64,000 nt of DNA from Octopus sinensis. Taxonomy: Eukaryota. The stretch is from the NCBI RefSeq assembly GCF_006345805.1, contig NC_042999.1, positions 68,448,001 to 68,512,000 of the forward strand. The letters run 5' to 3'. Below, piece by piece: positions 12,389 through 26,800 of the stretch (its first letter is position 1; every line of letters begins with the position of its first letter). The notes under the pieces are model-generated. The model was not told the origin of the DNA, did not search any database, and worked only from the letters and a program-made list of their open reading frames with translations. The position numbers and the translations under genes are program-made.

Positions 12389-13263
12389 GTTTTCCTTTTC
12401 GATTGAAGTGAGATGTAAAGAAATTAAAACCTTAAAGTCAAAAGAAGAATGTTAAAGAAACAGAAGGTGAGGCTATGGGTATATGAAAACCGGAGAAAAT
12501 CTAGTTATTGTCTACGAGTTTAAATGAAGAGAAGAGACATCAAAGGAGTCGGCTCGTACGTGTTTTTAATTAACTTGCTTTTTGATGAAATTTAGGATTT
12601 TGTCAATTGCTGAGGATTTGAAGAGATTAAGAAGTGTTTTAATTTCAAACTTGATATAAATTCATTTAATTTCGTTCTCTTCTCTGATAGCGTTCAGACA
12701 ACAATTCCGTCCATACACCTGTACAAACATCAAGGTAGGGGTAGCGGCTTCGTGTTAATTTACAATTTATTTTAACAGCAAATCGCTTCTTTGTATTATA
12801 TTGCAAAACGTCAAAGTAAAAACAAAATAAAAAAAAATAAAAAAAATAACTTCCAATCAGACACAAATTAAAATTCAGAGATATTTAATGTCCTGAAAGT
12901 ACAAATAGTCTTCACTGTTTACAAGACAACACAACTAGATGAAGCTAACAACAAACCGACAAAAGATAAAGCCTCTAACGCATTTGCTTGTCTGGCTAGA
13001 AATAACTATATAGCCTTCAAATCCCATTGTACTATTTTGAAAATGATAAGGAAAAAAAGGAAAGTACGAAAATTAGACTGGATAGTCACAACCGAAACGC
13101 CTCCAGTCGTAGATGTTTGTCTGTCAGGGAGAACCTGGGCTTAGACATCGACAACAAACAGAGGCATAAGTACCTTAACTAAGTCAACTTAAAACGACAT
13201 TTGAGAGAAAAATTCTTATATAAAAAGTCGGATGGTAATACTACAAACCTCATAATGTAGAAA

Positions 13264-13840
13264 GCTGGCAGAAACATTAGCACGCCGGGCGAAATGCCTA
13301 GCGGTATTTCGTCTGCCGTTACGTTCTGAGTTCAAATTCCGCCGAGGTCCATTTTGCCTTTCATCCTTTCGGTGTCGATTAAATAAGTACCAGTTACGCA
13401 CTGGGGTCGATATAATCGACTTAATCCGTTTGTCTGTCCTTGTTTATCCCTTCTGTGTTTAGCCCCTTGTGGGTAGTAAAGAAATAGGTATTTCGTCTGC
13501 CGTTACGTTCCGAGTTCAAATTCCGCCGAGGTCCATTTTGCCTTTCATCCTTTCGGTGTCGATTAAATAAGTACCAGTTACACACTGGGGTCGATATAAT
13601 CGACTTAATCCGTTTGTCTGTCCTTGTTTATCCCTTCTGTGTTTAGCCCCTTGTGGGTAGTAAAGAAATAGGTATTTCGTCCGTCTTTACGTTCCGAGTT
13701 CAAATTCCGCCGTGGTCGACTTTGCCTTTCATCCCTTCGGTGTCGATAAAATAAACACCAATCGAACACTGGGACCGATGTGATCGGTTAGCCCCTTAAC
13801 CTAAAATTTCAGGCCTTGTGTCTATAGCAGAAAGAAATAT
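13264..13840 (+). mobile_element. SINE family B with internal 184-bp tandem reiteration
   Basis: GTATTTCGTC restarts at 13304, 13488 and 13672. Confidence 0.9.
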
Positions 13841-14199
13841 TACGAGCTTCATTGTTTTTTTAGTGTCACATGTTGATTGGATAATGTTCTTCTACTTTTC
13901 GAGTAAGGAAGCGAAGCAAATAAAAATGTGAAAGGAACGAAATGCTTCTCAAAGCGTAATGTTCAAACAATTAAATCTAAATATATTCATTATTTCATGT
14001 ATTTTCTTCTGTATCTATATTTATAAGCATGTTTCTGTGTCTTTGTAGTTTATCAATGTAGACTAACAAATAGACTCCAATACATTATTTATAAGTTGTA
14101 TATTCACAATACTGTCTTCTTTTTATAAGAGTAGAAAACAAAGGGCGATGACTTAAATACACAGAAATAATGTGGGATTTATTTGCCCTCTCTCTTTTA

Positions 14200-14392
14200 A
14201 CTTCTGTTTGTTTCAACCATTGGAGTGCGTCATAATGGGGCACCGTCTTTAAGGGCTCAATTGGATAAATCGCCCCCAGTACCAGTACAAATCTGGCACT
14301 TATTTTATCAGTCACTATTTTCCGAACCGCAACATTTCGGAGTCGCAAACACCAGTTGTCGAGCGGTGGGGCGGAGAGTCAAGTACACACAC

Positions 14393-14436
<44 letters not shown>

Positions 14437-14662
14437 GCACACACACACACACACGTATATATATATATATATACTCTTTTACTTGTTTCAGTCATTTGAC
14501 TGTGGCCATGCTGGAGCACAGCCTTCAGTCGAGCAAATCGACCCCAGGACTTATTCTTTGTAAGCCTAGTACTTATTCTATCGATCTCTTTCGCCGAACC
14601 GCCAAGTTACGGGGACGTAAACACATCAGCATCGGTTGTCAAGCGATGTTGGGGGACATTCA

Positions 14663-14699
<37 letters not shown>

Positions 14700-14876
14700 C
14701 TATATATATACGTACATACATATACACAAGGGGCTTCTTTCAGGTTCCGTCTACCAAATCCACTCACAAGGCTTTGGTCGGCCTGAGGCTATAGTAGAAG
14801 ACACTTGCCCAAGGTGCCACACAGTGGGACTGAACTCGAAACCAGCAAGCTACTTACCACACAGCCACTCCTACGC

Positions 14877-14911
<35 letters not shown>

Positions 14912-15080
14912 AAAGGACATGCTGCCACACAGTTCTTGTCTACCAAATTCACTCACAAGGTATTGCTCAACCTAGGGTTACGGCAGAAGACACATGTCTT
15001 TGGTGCGACGCTGTGGAACTGAACCCAAAACTACGTGGTTGCAAAGCGAGCCTCTTAACCACACAGCCAGGTCTGCACCT
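14200..15080 (-). mobile_element. Cluster of SINE family A copies (best copy 14475-14878)
   Basis: One near-complete and two diverged partial copies separated by microsatellites. Confidence 0.8.
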
Positions 15081-15729
15081 AAAAACTCGACCGACCGTCC
15101 TTGGGTGGGCTTCAACCATCAACATTTTCGTTAACAGCCGAACGCGTTAACCGATTGCGCCACAGAGACACTTAAGAAAAAGAAAAGGAAACCACACAGA
15201 GCGTCACGTCTGGAGTGCCTTTATTCATGGGTCTATCATCAATAACAACACAACAATAATCACTATCAAATACCTCAGCAGCACCATCACCACGGTTATC
15301 AACCAACCCGCAACTATCTCTGCCACCTACGCCGTCACAACGTCGATGTACCACGGCGACCACCAGAAGCGCGTTTCTATTACGATACCACCGAGTAATG
15401 GTGCAAAACAGAAGTACATCACACACACGCCGCGGTCTGCCTTTTCAGTTTGGCCAAGGCTGGTTGTTGGTCAGTCACAGGACAATTGATGTGTGCTCAA
15501 GCTAAAACTGATAAATGCAAGGGGCGTTCGTAATTTGCTCGCAACGACGATCACAATGGCCACCCACACAGGTCGTCTCCTAAAATAAGATATAAAAAAA
15601 AGATGGGTGGATATGTTACAGGACTGACTGTTCATATGGTTCAGGATTTAAGATGTTAAGAAAAGCTGGTGAGGCGAGCTTAAGTATCTATGTACACACA
15701 CACGCACATTGATGTGTGTGTGAATGATT

Positions 15730-15902
15730 ATATATAGTTATAAATAGACACGTGTGTATAAGGTATACATGCAGACAGACATCCATACACAAATATATAT
15801 GTAAATGTATATATATTTTTTACTTTTACACATACACACACATTCAGGTGTGTATGTACATATATATGCATATGCCCGCATGTTTTATATACATACACCT
15901 GA

Positions 15903-15964
<62 letters not shown>

Positions 15965-16325
15965 ATGTATAGGTATACATGCACACAGACGTCCATATGC
16001 AAACACGTATACATACACATATATTCATACGCACACACACACACATAGATATATATATATACAAACACACTTATATATATATATATATATACAAACACAC
16101 TTATATATATATATATATATATATATATACAAACACACATATATATATATATATATATACAAACACACTTATCTATATATATATACACAAACACACTTAT
16201 CTATATATATATACACAAACACACTTATCTATAAATATATATATATATATATACACACACATATATATTTATATATACGTGTATATGCATACACGAATAT
16301 CTATATAAACACACACACGCATATC

Positions 16326-16361
<36 letters not shown>

Positions 16362-16459
16362 CGCACACACACATATATACACACATCTATCTATCTCTAT
16401 ATATACACACACACATCTATCTATCTCTATATATACACACACACATCTATCTATCTATC

Positions 16460-16493
<34 letters not shown>

Positions 16494-16617
16494 TCTCTCT
16501 CTCTATATATATATATACACACACACACACATCTATCTATCTCTCTCTCTATATATATATATACACACACACACATCTCTATCTCTATATATATATATAC
16601 ACACACATACATCTCTA

Positions 16618-16662
<45 letters not shown>

Positions 16663-16681
16663 CTATCTATCTATCTATCTA

Positions 16682-16715
<34 letters not shown>

Positions 16716-16727
16716 CACACACACACA

Positions 16728-16779
<52 letters not shown>

Positions 16780-16783
16780 TCTA

Positions 16784-16833
<50 letters not shown>

Positions 16834-17015
16834 TCTATCTATCTATATACACACACACATCTATCTATCTATGTATATATATATATACACATTCAGGTGC
16901 ATATATACAAAACACTCAGGTATATACAAAACACTCAGGTATATACATATACACACATTCAGGTGTTTGTAAACAAAACATTCGAATACATACACACACA
17001 CACACGCATGTGTGC
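15730..17015. repeat. Compound TA/CA/TC/TCTA microsatellite field
   Basis: Direct inspection; source of the spurious 371-aa ORF. Confidence 0.95.
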
Positions 17016-17344
17016 TAGCCTGTGTGTGTATATCAGTGTATATCAGTGCATCAATAGGTAGGAGGTGTGTGACTAATTTCTCCATTGATGTGGCGTCTAG
17101 AAGTGCTGTTTAAACAATTAAGCTGTGAACTTTCATACATTTGTCGTTGCTGTCGTCGTCGTCGTGATCTTTGTCGTTGTTCGCCGTCATCGTCGTCGTC
17201 GCAGTATTTATTATATATACTTGTTCTTGCTGCAGTTGCTTTTGTACTATCATTCTATTTTACTTTTCTGGGGTTTTTTTTTTCTATGTTGTTCTCGTTG
17301 TTCGAGAATTCTATTGCCGTTTGCTTTTGATGCTTTGTATGTCT

Positions 17345-17748
17345 GTTTGTTTGTTTGTTTGTTGAGCGAAGCGGTCTTCGTCCCAGAGCTCGCAAGATCG
17401 CGAGTGAGTGGGAGAAGTCCGAAACGTGGTCCTTTTGCTATTCGTAAGACCCACAGAAGAGAAAGCAGGTCAACCCCCCGAAACCGAGAGCATCGACGGA
17501 TGGATGAATGAATGCGCATCCAGGCTCAGCGGTTGCGTAGGAAGTCGGGGACAAGAAACAGGAAGAAAGAGTGAGAGAAAGTCGGAGCAAAAGAGTACAA
17601 CAGGGGTCGTCACCACCCCCTGCCGGAGCCTCGTGGAGCTTTAGGTGTTTTCGCTCAATAAACACACACAACGCCCGGTCTGGGAATCGAAACCGCGATC
17701 CTTCGACCGCGAGTCCGCTGCCCTAACCATGGGCCATTGCGCATCCAC
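17345..17748 (-). mobile_element. tRNA-derived SINE, family C
   Basis: Minus-strand tRNA-like head GTGGATGCGCAATGGCCCATGGTTAGGG...GGTTTCGATTCCC; (AAAC)n tail; flanking near-duplicate GCTTTTGATGCT/GCTGTTGATGCT. Confidence 0.9.
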
Positions 17749-17954
17749 TGCTGTTGATGCTCTCTCCCTGCTAATGCCAGTGATGTAGTTGTCTTACTTC
17801 GTTATTGTTGTTGGTCTTTTACTTGACGACGATGATGATGATGATGATGTTGTTGAAGGCGACGATGATAAGAGTTACGATGGCTCTGGGGATGACACCC
17901 TAATATGGGAGGGATTCCTCTCAACGATAAATGTGATATTAGTTTCAAATTTTG

Positions 17955-18370
17955 GCACAAGGACAAGAATTTTGCGGGGGAGGAGGGATAAGTCGATTAC
18001 ATCGACCTCAGTGTTTAACTGGTACTTAACTTATCGACCCCCGAAAGGATAAAAGGCAAAGTTAACCTCGACGGAATTTGAACTCAAAATGTAAAGACAG
18101 ACGAAATACTGCTAAGCGTTTTACCCAGCATGCTAACGATTCTACCATCTCACTGCCATAATGGTTTTAAATTTTACAACAATTTTTGGGGAAGGAATGA
18201 GTCGATTACATCGACCCCAGTGTTTGACTGGTACTTATTTTATCGACCTCCGAAAGGATGAAAGGTGAAGCCCACCTCGGCGGTATTTGAACTCAGAACC
18301 TAAAGACGGACAAAATACCGCTAAGCATTTCGTCCAGCGTGCTTAACGATTCTGCCAACTCGCCGCCTTA
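17955..18370 (-). mobile_element. Two SINE family B copies
   Basis: Reverse-complement match to family B core and head. Confidence 0.8.
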
Positions 18371-18397
18371 AATAAGCAATAATGATAAACAAATTTC

Positions 18398-18938
18398 GGA
18401 AAGACTTTCGCCCGTCCCCATCCCATTTTCTCCCAAATTTGTTTATTTTTGTAATTTTTCTTTCCAAAAATCCCCGTTTTCGGATACAGAGGTTCCGGAA
18501 AATTTCCAAAAATCGGCATTGTGAAATTTTTCCCCACCTTTCCCCCACAATTTCTTCAATTTTGACTTTTTTCCCTAACACTAACCCTAAAACTGTAACC
18601 GTGAGTACAGAAATGTTTTGAAATTTTTGCCCGAATCCTGATGTCCGTATTTTTCCGTATATTCATAAAAAAAATAATTTTACAAAGATTTTTGGAATTT
18701 TTTTCAGAATCATAATCTCCGTATTTTTCCACATATTTTGAAAAAAAAAATTGTGAAAAAAGTTAAAAATGAAGGAAATGGGGGTGGGGGTGGTAATTTA
18801 GAAAGGTCAATTTTTGCCAAATTTTTTTGCAGATTCGTATTCCCCGTAGCCAAAAATGGGGGTATGTATCCCCCAAAAATTTTTTTTAGAAAGGGTTGTT
18901 TTTTTGGGGGAGGGGGGGTAACGGGCGGAAGTCTTGCC
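18398..18938. mobile_element. Merlin-like MITE
   Basis: TIRs GGAAAGACTTTCGCCCGT / ACGGGCGGAAGTCTTGCC; exact 8-bp TSD CAAATTTC; internal CTAACACTAACCCTAA. Confidence 0.75.
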
Positions 18939-19329
18939 CAAATTTCTACCATTGAACTAACTCTACTTTCTTTGAGACCCCACAGTCGGTCAGGATTTTA
19001 ACAGCGGGCTATAGTGGCTTATATCGACTCTAGTCCATGACTGGTACTTCATTTTATCAACAAGAAAAGAAATGAAAGGCAAATTCAACCTTGGCAGGAT
19101 TTGAACTCAGGACGTAAAGAGCCAGAAAAAGTACAGTATTTTGAACGATGCTATAATACCTCTCCGTATCCATTTTAGCCTATAATTTCTTTTGTCAGTA
19201 TCGATCCCAGTATTTAATTAGTAATTACTTTATAGATCCCGAAAAGATGAAAAACAAAGTCGAGCTCGGCAGAATTTGAACTTGAACTTAAAGAGCGCGC
19301 GCACACACACACATACATGGAGGCCATAG

Positions 19330-19815
19330 TAGAACACACTTTTATTGCAAGTGCCTTGCAATAAAGCTGAACCCGGAACCTTGTGGTTGGGAAGCAAACT
19401 TCTTGCCCCACGGTAACGCCTGCGCCTGTATCTCTTTTACTTGTTTCAGTCATTTGACTGTGGCCATGCTGGAGCAAATTGACCTAGGAATTATTCTTTG
19501 TAAGCCTAGTACTTATTCTATCGGTCTCTTTTGCCGAACCGCTAAGTTACGGGGACGTAAACACACCAGAATCGGTTGTCAAGCGATGTTAGTGGGACAA
19601 ACAGAGGCACACAAACACATACACCCATATACACGTATATATACATATATACGACGGGTTTCTTCCAGTTTCCGTCTACCAACTCCACTCACAAGGCTTT
19701 GGTCGGCCCGAGGCTATGATAAAAACACTTGTCCACGGTGTCACACAGTGGGACTGAAACCGGAACCATGTGGTTGGAAAGCAAGCTACTTACCACACAG
19801 CAACTCCTACGCCTA
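19330..19815 (-). mobile_element. SINE family A (head fragment plus full copy 19433-19815)
   Basis: Family match. Confidence 0.85.
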
Positions 19816-21025
19816 TGTATGGCTAACATTCCTTTCGAACAATACAATATTTTTCATCAATAGCTGCAAGAAGAATACAGGGAGAGAATTCCAGAGGAGC
19901 AATGATCTGGGTATAAAGCAGCAAGCGAGGTGGTTAACGCGAAATCTGAGGTGGCTGTGGACAACATATAGATGAGGGAAGGAAAGACCAGTCTGGAGCT
20001 CATAGGTGGTGTTCAGCCAAAGAAAAGCTGAAAGACAAATTGTTTAGAACCCTATATAAGAATACCTTAATTAAAGCTCAGCAGTCACTCACGAAATACT
20101 TTAAATTGGTGACATGTACCTTGCTTTCGCTAATTGCTTTAGGCATCTATGTAGTTACGAGCAGACATAGGCACCCTCTCAGCCCTCTCACCCATGACTT
20201 AGCGGGACAACGAGAGTATGATAGCTGGAGGGAAGGAAGGAGAGAGAGAGAGTGTATCGTGCTAGCATTCATTTTTCAGCTGAGTAGACTAGGATAACAT
20301 GAAATGAAGTGTCTTGCTCAATGGTACAATGCGCTGCCCAGTCCAGGAATGGAACTCACGACTATAAGATCGTGAGCCCAATACCTGAGTCAAGCCCAAT
20401 ATCTGAGTCACTAAGCTACGCGTCTTCTCTAATTCCTTGATAAGCGTAGTGATTGTTTTCGTGAGCTGTTATAGTATACTGAGTTGTCCCAGGAAGCTTT
20501 TTGTTTTCAAGATATTCCGGATTCCGTAAAAAACGAAGAAAACAACTAAATGCGTCTATCTGGATTATATCATTTTCCTTACCGTAGCGTTACTTCAATA
20601 TAATTTGACTGAGCTCTCAGATGCAGTTGTTGTGTTCAGGCCAGGCTTGATTCAACAAGCAAACCTGCAGCCAATAACGTCTCAGCCATGGTCATCTTAT
20701 CTTTTTGAAGACACAGTGCACTCAGTACTGCATTATGTATTGTATCCTCCTTTTCTCAGGCGGGTTTATGAGCTTATTTGAGGAAGATTTAACTATTATG
20801 TTTTGCACATCGAACAACGACCTGGAGGCTATACTTTTGACTCATGTCATTAAGTGTTATTATTACTGGTAGCTTTGTTAGCATTAAAGTAAGCACAAAG
20901 TGTGATATTGATTATATACATTTGGACATGTGTAGACAATAGTTCCTGCTAGAAGCAAGAGGATGTTCTTAAATTAGAGATAAGGGAATATCCAGGATCT
21001 AAATAAACGAGACAAAACAATATCG

Positions 21026-21444
21026 GGATCTTTTCGGTTTGAACGGCAGTTTTTTAAAATAATTTCCACGTAACTAAACACTTTTAAACTTCGTATACTG
21101 GTAGAATGTGTTTATAAAACATCTTTTTCTCTTGGCTTTATTGAGAGAATTCTATAGTTTGTAAGATATTTGTTGTTTTTTTCTTCAATTTCTGCAATTT
21201 CAACCAATCAATGACGTCTATTGAGGTGAAAACATTTTGTGACGTATGAATATGTCCCTCGTTTAAGAAACAGATTGGGTTTATTTACATTTCTGGAGAA
21301 AAAAGATACCCTCCCCCCCACCCCTAACTTACCCTAACCCTAAAACAGATTGAAATGCAATAGATCGATACTAGGGTCATAATTATGGGTGACAATTTCA
21401 TATGACACTGCTAGAAAAAACTGCCGTTCAGACCGAAAAGATCC
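21026..21444. mobile_element. Merlin-like MITE
   Basis: ~30-bp TIRs GGATCTTTTCGGTTTGAACGGCAGTTTTTT / AAAAAACTGCCGTTCAGACCGAAAAGATCC; 8-bp TSD CAATATCG/CAATCTCG; internal CCCTAA repeats. Confidence 0.85.
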
Positions 21445-23219
21445 CAATCTCGCTTGTATACACTCGTACAGACGGGAAGAATTCACTCATCGTTGTTATC
21501 AGAATATCAAGAAAAAAAAAAGTCATAGAAAGTTTCGAGCCATTTAAATTGTTATAGAATTTGTTTTTGAAAGAAAAAAATATATTGTTTAACAGAGCAT
21601 TTCCTATCAGTTCGATTTGTCTTGAAATCGATCTGCTCACAGAGCTTACAGAAAACGCAACCCAAGATGTCAGACGAGTAAAAATCGTATATCGCATTTT
21701 AATATCGGTCAGTAGCTTACATTAATATATATATATATACACCTAATTTGTTATATAGTTTACCTTCAAACGTGAAAAGAAAACAAGCCAAACCAAAACA
21801 CAAACACTAGTAGTGCAAATTAAATACTGAATAGGAATTTTTTCCACTTTACATTTTAATGCTACTTAAAATACTGTTAGCTTAAAGTTTTATTAAACCA
21901 TAATCTGCACAACAATAAGATACGAAATCTATAGAACCACATAAGCTATAAAATATGCAGAACTACAAAATATACAATCTATACGATGATAAAAACTGCT
22001 AAACTATAGATTATAAAATCTATTAAACTATAAACTATAAAATCGATAAAGCTATAAATTATACAATGGAATGAAGAACACTTATACACTATAAGCAAAA
22101 CCTATAAAACTAAGAATGATAAATATATATGAAGCGATAAACCACGTAATCTGGCGAAATATAATATTGATAAAATGATAAACAATGAAATGTGAAACAT
22201 GCAAAAAACTATAAAATAACGTATAAAAACGATAAAAATACCTTTAAGCAGATCGATTTCTCGCTTTAGATTTACGCCTGAGATTTATATGTAGAGGAGT
22301 TACTGGGAGGTGACTCTGCTTATATCTTTCTCAAAGGCGTAAATAATAATAATGATTTCTAAATTTGGCACAATGTTTCTACAGATATTTAATGGTGGCG
22401 GTGTAGTCGGTCGAGTCGCTTGCAGTACTTCACAGGTACTTATTTTATCGATTCGGTAAAACTGAAAAGTATAGTCGACTTCGATGACTTACAAATGCAT
22501 AGACTTACAATAATTTCTTATATAGGCAGAAAGCCAGAAATTTGTGGAGACAGAACAGTCGATTAATTCGACACCAGTTCATAATAAATATTTTATTTCA
22601 CCGAACACGGAAGAATAAAACGAATAGTTGACATCGTTGGGATTTGAACTCAGAACGTTCAAAAGAGAAAATAATCACTTTCATTTACCTGCCTCTGTAA
22701 AAATTCTGCCACTGCACCAACTTAGGCCAGAACACAATAACAGCGACGTAAATGAAAGGAAATTGCAACAGACGTAAAATGGAAACGTGATAGTAATGTA
22801 CAACATTATTATTACCCGGCAGCGAGACACAAATGATGTTCGGATAACCATTCCGTGGAGATATTGACCTAATTCAAGAAATTAGCTTTCAACAGCCATA
22901 TTTTTGTGTAATAAAAAATGTACTCGACATGACGTGTGTAACAATTTGATGGGCAATAACATCTTCTCACTCTTCTATGTAAACTAAATCTGCGTGTTCC
23001 ATGCACCATGTAGCTTCCTTCTGTAAATTCACCCACCAATCTCTTTCGTACGCTTCTATAACTCCATGCATTTCTTATTCTTCTACTTCTTTTTCTTGTC
23101 ATAGGCAAAAGAAAACGACCATGCTGACAACATTATCGTTCTGGTTATAATTTTATTCTCTTTTAGAATTGCTGTGAGACTGCATATAATGTTCCTTCGC
23201 AGTTAGAGTATGCCATTCC

Positions 23220-23863
23220 AAAATACGCACACATACATAGACATTTACATGAATACCCACACAGACAAACTCATATCCATATATACACTAACATATACAC
23301 ACATCCATATATATATATATACATTCATATATATGCATGCTCATACATATGGACATATACGCAATCATATATACGCATTAACACATGCGACCAATATATG
23401 TATGTGTGCATATATATACATATATGTGTATATATATATATATGCAATACATATATACACAGAGTATATATATATATATAGACTATATATATACATACAT
23501 ATGTATATAGACTATATATATATACATACATATGTATATATATATATATAGACTATATATATACGTACATATGTATATATATATAGACTATATATATACG
23601 TACATATGTATATATATATAGACTATATATATACGTACATATGTATATATATATATATATATATATAGACTATATATATACGTACCTATGTATATATATA
23701 TAGACTATATACATATACGTACATATGTATATATATATATACGTACATATGTATATATATAGACTATATATATATACGTACATATGTGTATATATATATA
23801 TAGACTATATATATATATACGTACATATATATATATATATATTAGACATATATATATATATAC

Positions 23864-23912
<49 letters not shown>

Positions 23913-24054
23913 GTACACACACACACACAACACACACACACATATATATATACAATATATTTATAGAGAAATAGATATGCTATATACACGTTCATACATA
24001 CATATACACACGTACATCCATATATATCTGTCTATACATACATTACATTCAAAT

Positions 24055-24120
<66 letters not shown>
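23220..24120. repeat. TA-rich micro/minisatellite
   Basis: ~30-bp unit TAGACTATATATATACGTACATATGTATATA plus (TA)n. Confidence 0.95.
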
Positions 24121-24901
24121 ATCCATTTCTTGATTTAAATTCTTCGATTCTTTTTGATCATGTAAGTTCTTTGATCTTCAAAAATTCTATGACTGGCTGA
24201 CAAACCCGAAACCGAATGAACTAACTGCCCATGAATGTTTTCGTCACGACAGAAATGTAATTTTATTTCAAAGTAGATAATGCAATCATCGTTCTTATTT
24301 TTGGGGCTGTGAATTTTGAAAATTACAATTATCTGTCTTTCTTTTTCTTTTTTTATTATTTTACCTAATATTTTTTTAATACATTTTCTTTTAATCTTTC
24401 AAACATCTAAAGAATGTAAGACTAGAATTTAACTGATATTGAGCATATGTATGTATATATGTATACATATGCGCACATACTTACATAATGTATGCATGAT
24501 TATACGTGTATGTATATATATATATATATATACACACGTAATGTCAATACATACATATATATACCCTTATACACATAAATAATGCATGTATGTGTAAGTG
24601 TGTGTATATATATATATACATATATGTATATATATATACACCCACACATTATTTCTCTCTATATATACGTAGATATACCCACCCTCATATACATATATAT
24701 ATCTGCATATATACATGTGTGTGTATACATACACACGCACATTATATTTATACGTCTGTATATTTACATGTGCCTATATACACGCATATTTGTATGTATA
24801 TATCTATATATGTGTGTGTGTGTGTACACAGTCTACATATATGTATAAATACACATGTGTGTGTATGTGTATGTACACAGTCTACATATATGTATAAATA
24901 C

Positions 24902-24942
<41 letters not shown>

Positions 24943-25284
24943 TTTTTACAAACGTGTTTATCAAATTTCAAAGCCAGTTCCTGCGGATTTTATTAGTCAT
25001 GTGCCTGAAGGTTGGAGAACTGCAGAATCTTGAGTCAATAACATATTGGAATACTAGCAGAAAGTTTGGGTGACCATTCAAATTCGATATGCAGCTTTGT
25101 GCAGCAGTGTCTGTAGACAAGGCACATAACTCTCACTGCTCTGCTGCCTCTAGCTGTAAATAAGAGCTATTAAGTGGTATACAGCTTATTACTATTAACA
25201 GCTACCGTACTTATTCTACGTTCAATTACTGTTTCCTCAATAATTGATCGTGGTATACCTGTTTCAGCTTATGAATCTGTTGCT

Positions 25285-25639
25285 GTTGCTGTTGAGCGAA
25301 CGGTCTTCGACCCAGAGCTCGCAAGATGAGAGGAGTCCGAAACGTGGTCCTTTGCTATTCGTAAGACCTGCAGAAGAGAAAGCAGGTCAACCCCCGACAC
25401 CGAGAGCATCGACGGGTGGATGAATGCGCATCCAGGCTCAGCGGTTGCGTAGGAACAGGAAGAAAGAGTGAGAGAAGGTTGGAGAGTAAGAGTACAACAG
25501 CCCCCCCCCACTGCGTGAGCTTGTAGAGCTTTAGGTGTTTTCGTTCAAAAAGCACACACCACGCCCGGTCTGGGAATCGAAACCGCGATCCTCCGACCGC
25601 GAGTCCGCTGCCCTAACCATTGGGCCATTGCGCCTCCAC
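25285..25639 (-). mobile_element. SINE family C
   Basis: Near-identical to 17345-17748; TSD-like TTATGAATCTGTTG/TTATGAGTTTGTTG. Confidence 0.9.
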
Positions 25640-25749
25640 TTTATGAGTTTGTTGAAAGTAGGATGAACTCACTTCGGTGTATTCAATCGTGTAAAATCTT
25701 GTTCAGGTTCATTTTGACATTTTTGTGCCTCGGACAATCTTTTATTCGT

Positions 25750-26375
25750 TTTTATTCGTTTCAGTCACTCTACAGTAGCCAGGCTGGAGCACCGCCTTGA
25801 ATGGTTCTAACCAGTGGCTCTCAACCATCTTGTAGGCGACCCTGCTGGAGCACAGCCTTGAAAGGTTTTAGCCGAAAAAAACCGATCCCAAGACTTTTTT
25901 TTATTGGAAGTCTAGTACTTATCCTATTGTCTCGGTTGTTCAACTGCTAAGTTACGGAGACGTAAACACACCAGCATCGGTTGTCAAGCAATGGTGGGGA
26001 ACAAACACAGACACAAAGGCATACACACATAGATACACACGCACACACACACGATGGGTTTTTAAAAAAATTTCCGCCTACCAAATCTACTCACAAGGCT
26101 TTGGTCGGCCCCGCGTATTGTCGCAGTTTAACCACTTTATTTCGCATAAATTGTAAAAACAAAACCTTATATGGATCCTCAAAGGCCATATGAACCCCAG
26201 TGAAGAACCAATGGGTTAAACGAAGAAATCGTCCCCACTACTTGTTTTGTAAACCTGATTCTTATTCTGCTGGTGTCTTTCACCGAAACGTATACAAACC
26301 AACACCGGTGGCTAAGTGGTGCTTGGGAATAAACATAACACTCAAAGATGCACAATCACACACACACACACACAT

Positions 26376-26409
<34 letters not shown>

Positions 26410-26520
26410 TGTACGACAAGCTTCTTTCAGTTACCGTCTATCAAATCAACACAGAAGATGCCACGCAGTGGTACTGAATTTTAGACCACATATTTGGAAA
26501 GTAAGCTTCCACGTCCGCGC
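25750..26520 (-). mobile_element. Diverged SINE family A copies
   Basis: Body matches with deletions. Confidence 0.7.
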
Positions 26521-26706
26521 CTGGATTTTTTTCTCAGAACAAAATATATTAGAGTGATTGGTTTATTGCCAACTTAATGTGGCAGTCTCAGAAAACGAAA
26601 GAATGCTACTGTTATTTAGTCCCAGGAAACATCGTTTCCAGTTAGCTATGTGACACAAGCGTTCTGTGTCCTTACGTTTTCAAACAGGGGAGATAAGTAC
26701 CTACAC

Positions 26707-26781
26707 CTAGCAAAGCCAGCACCCAGAGACTAGTTTCAGAGTCATTGCTCTTCATCAGTCTGGAGTAGCCTGGCTTGCTAG
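26707..26781 (-). ncRNA. Minimal type I hammerhead ribozyme motif
   Basis: Minus strand TCCAGA-CTGATGA-AGAGC-AAT-GACTCT-GAAAC-TA-GTC-TCTGGG; stem I extends via TAGCAAGCCAG/CTGGCTTTGCTA; palindromic stem III ACTAGT. Confidence 0.8.
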
Positions 26782-26800
26782 CTGTCGACGCTTATTCACC

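Noticed and set aside
15903-17061. 371-aa and 244-aa ORFs
   Set aside because: Microsatellite translations (YI/HT/LS repeats)
17660-17748. tRNA-like sequences here and at other SINE heads
   Set aside because: Attached to SINE bodies with TSDs; no complete cloverleaf
22869-23108. 79-aa Arg-rich ORF in unique sequence
   Set aside because: No recognisable motif or splice signals; chance ORF likely
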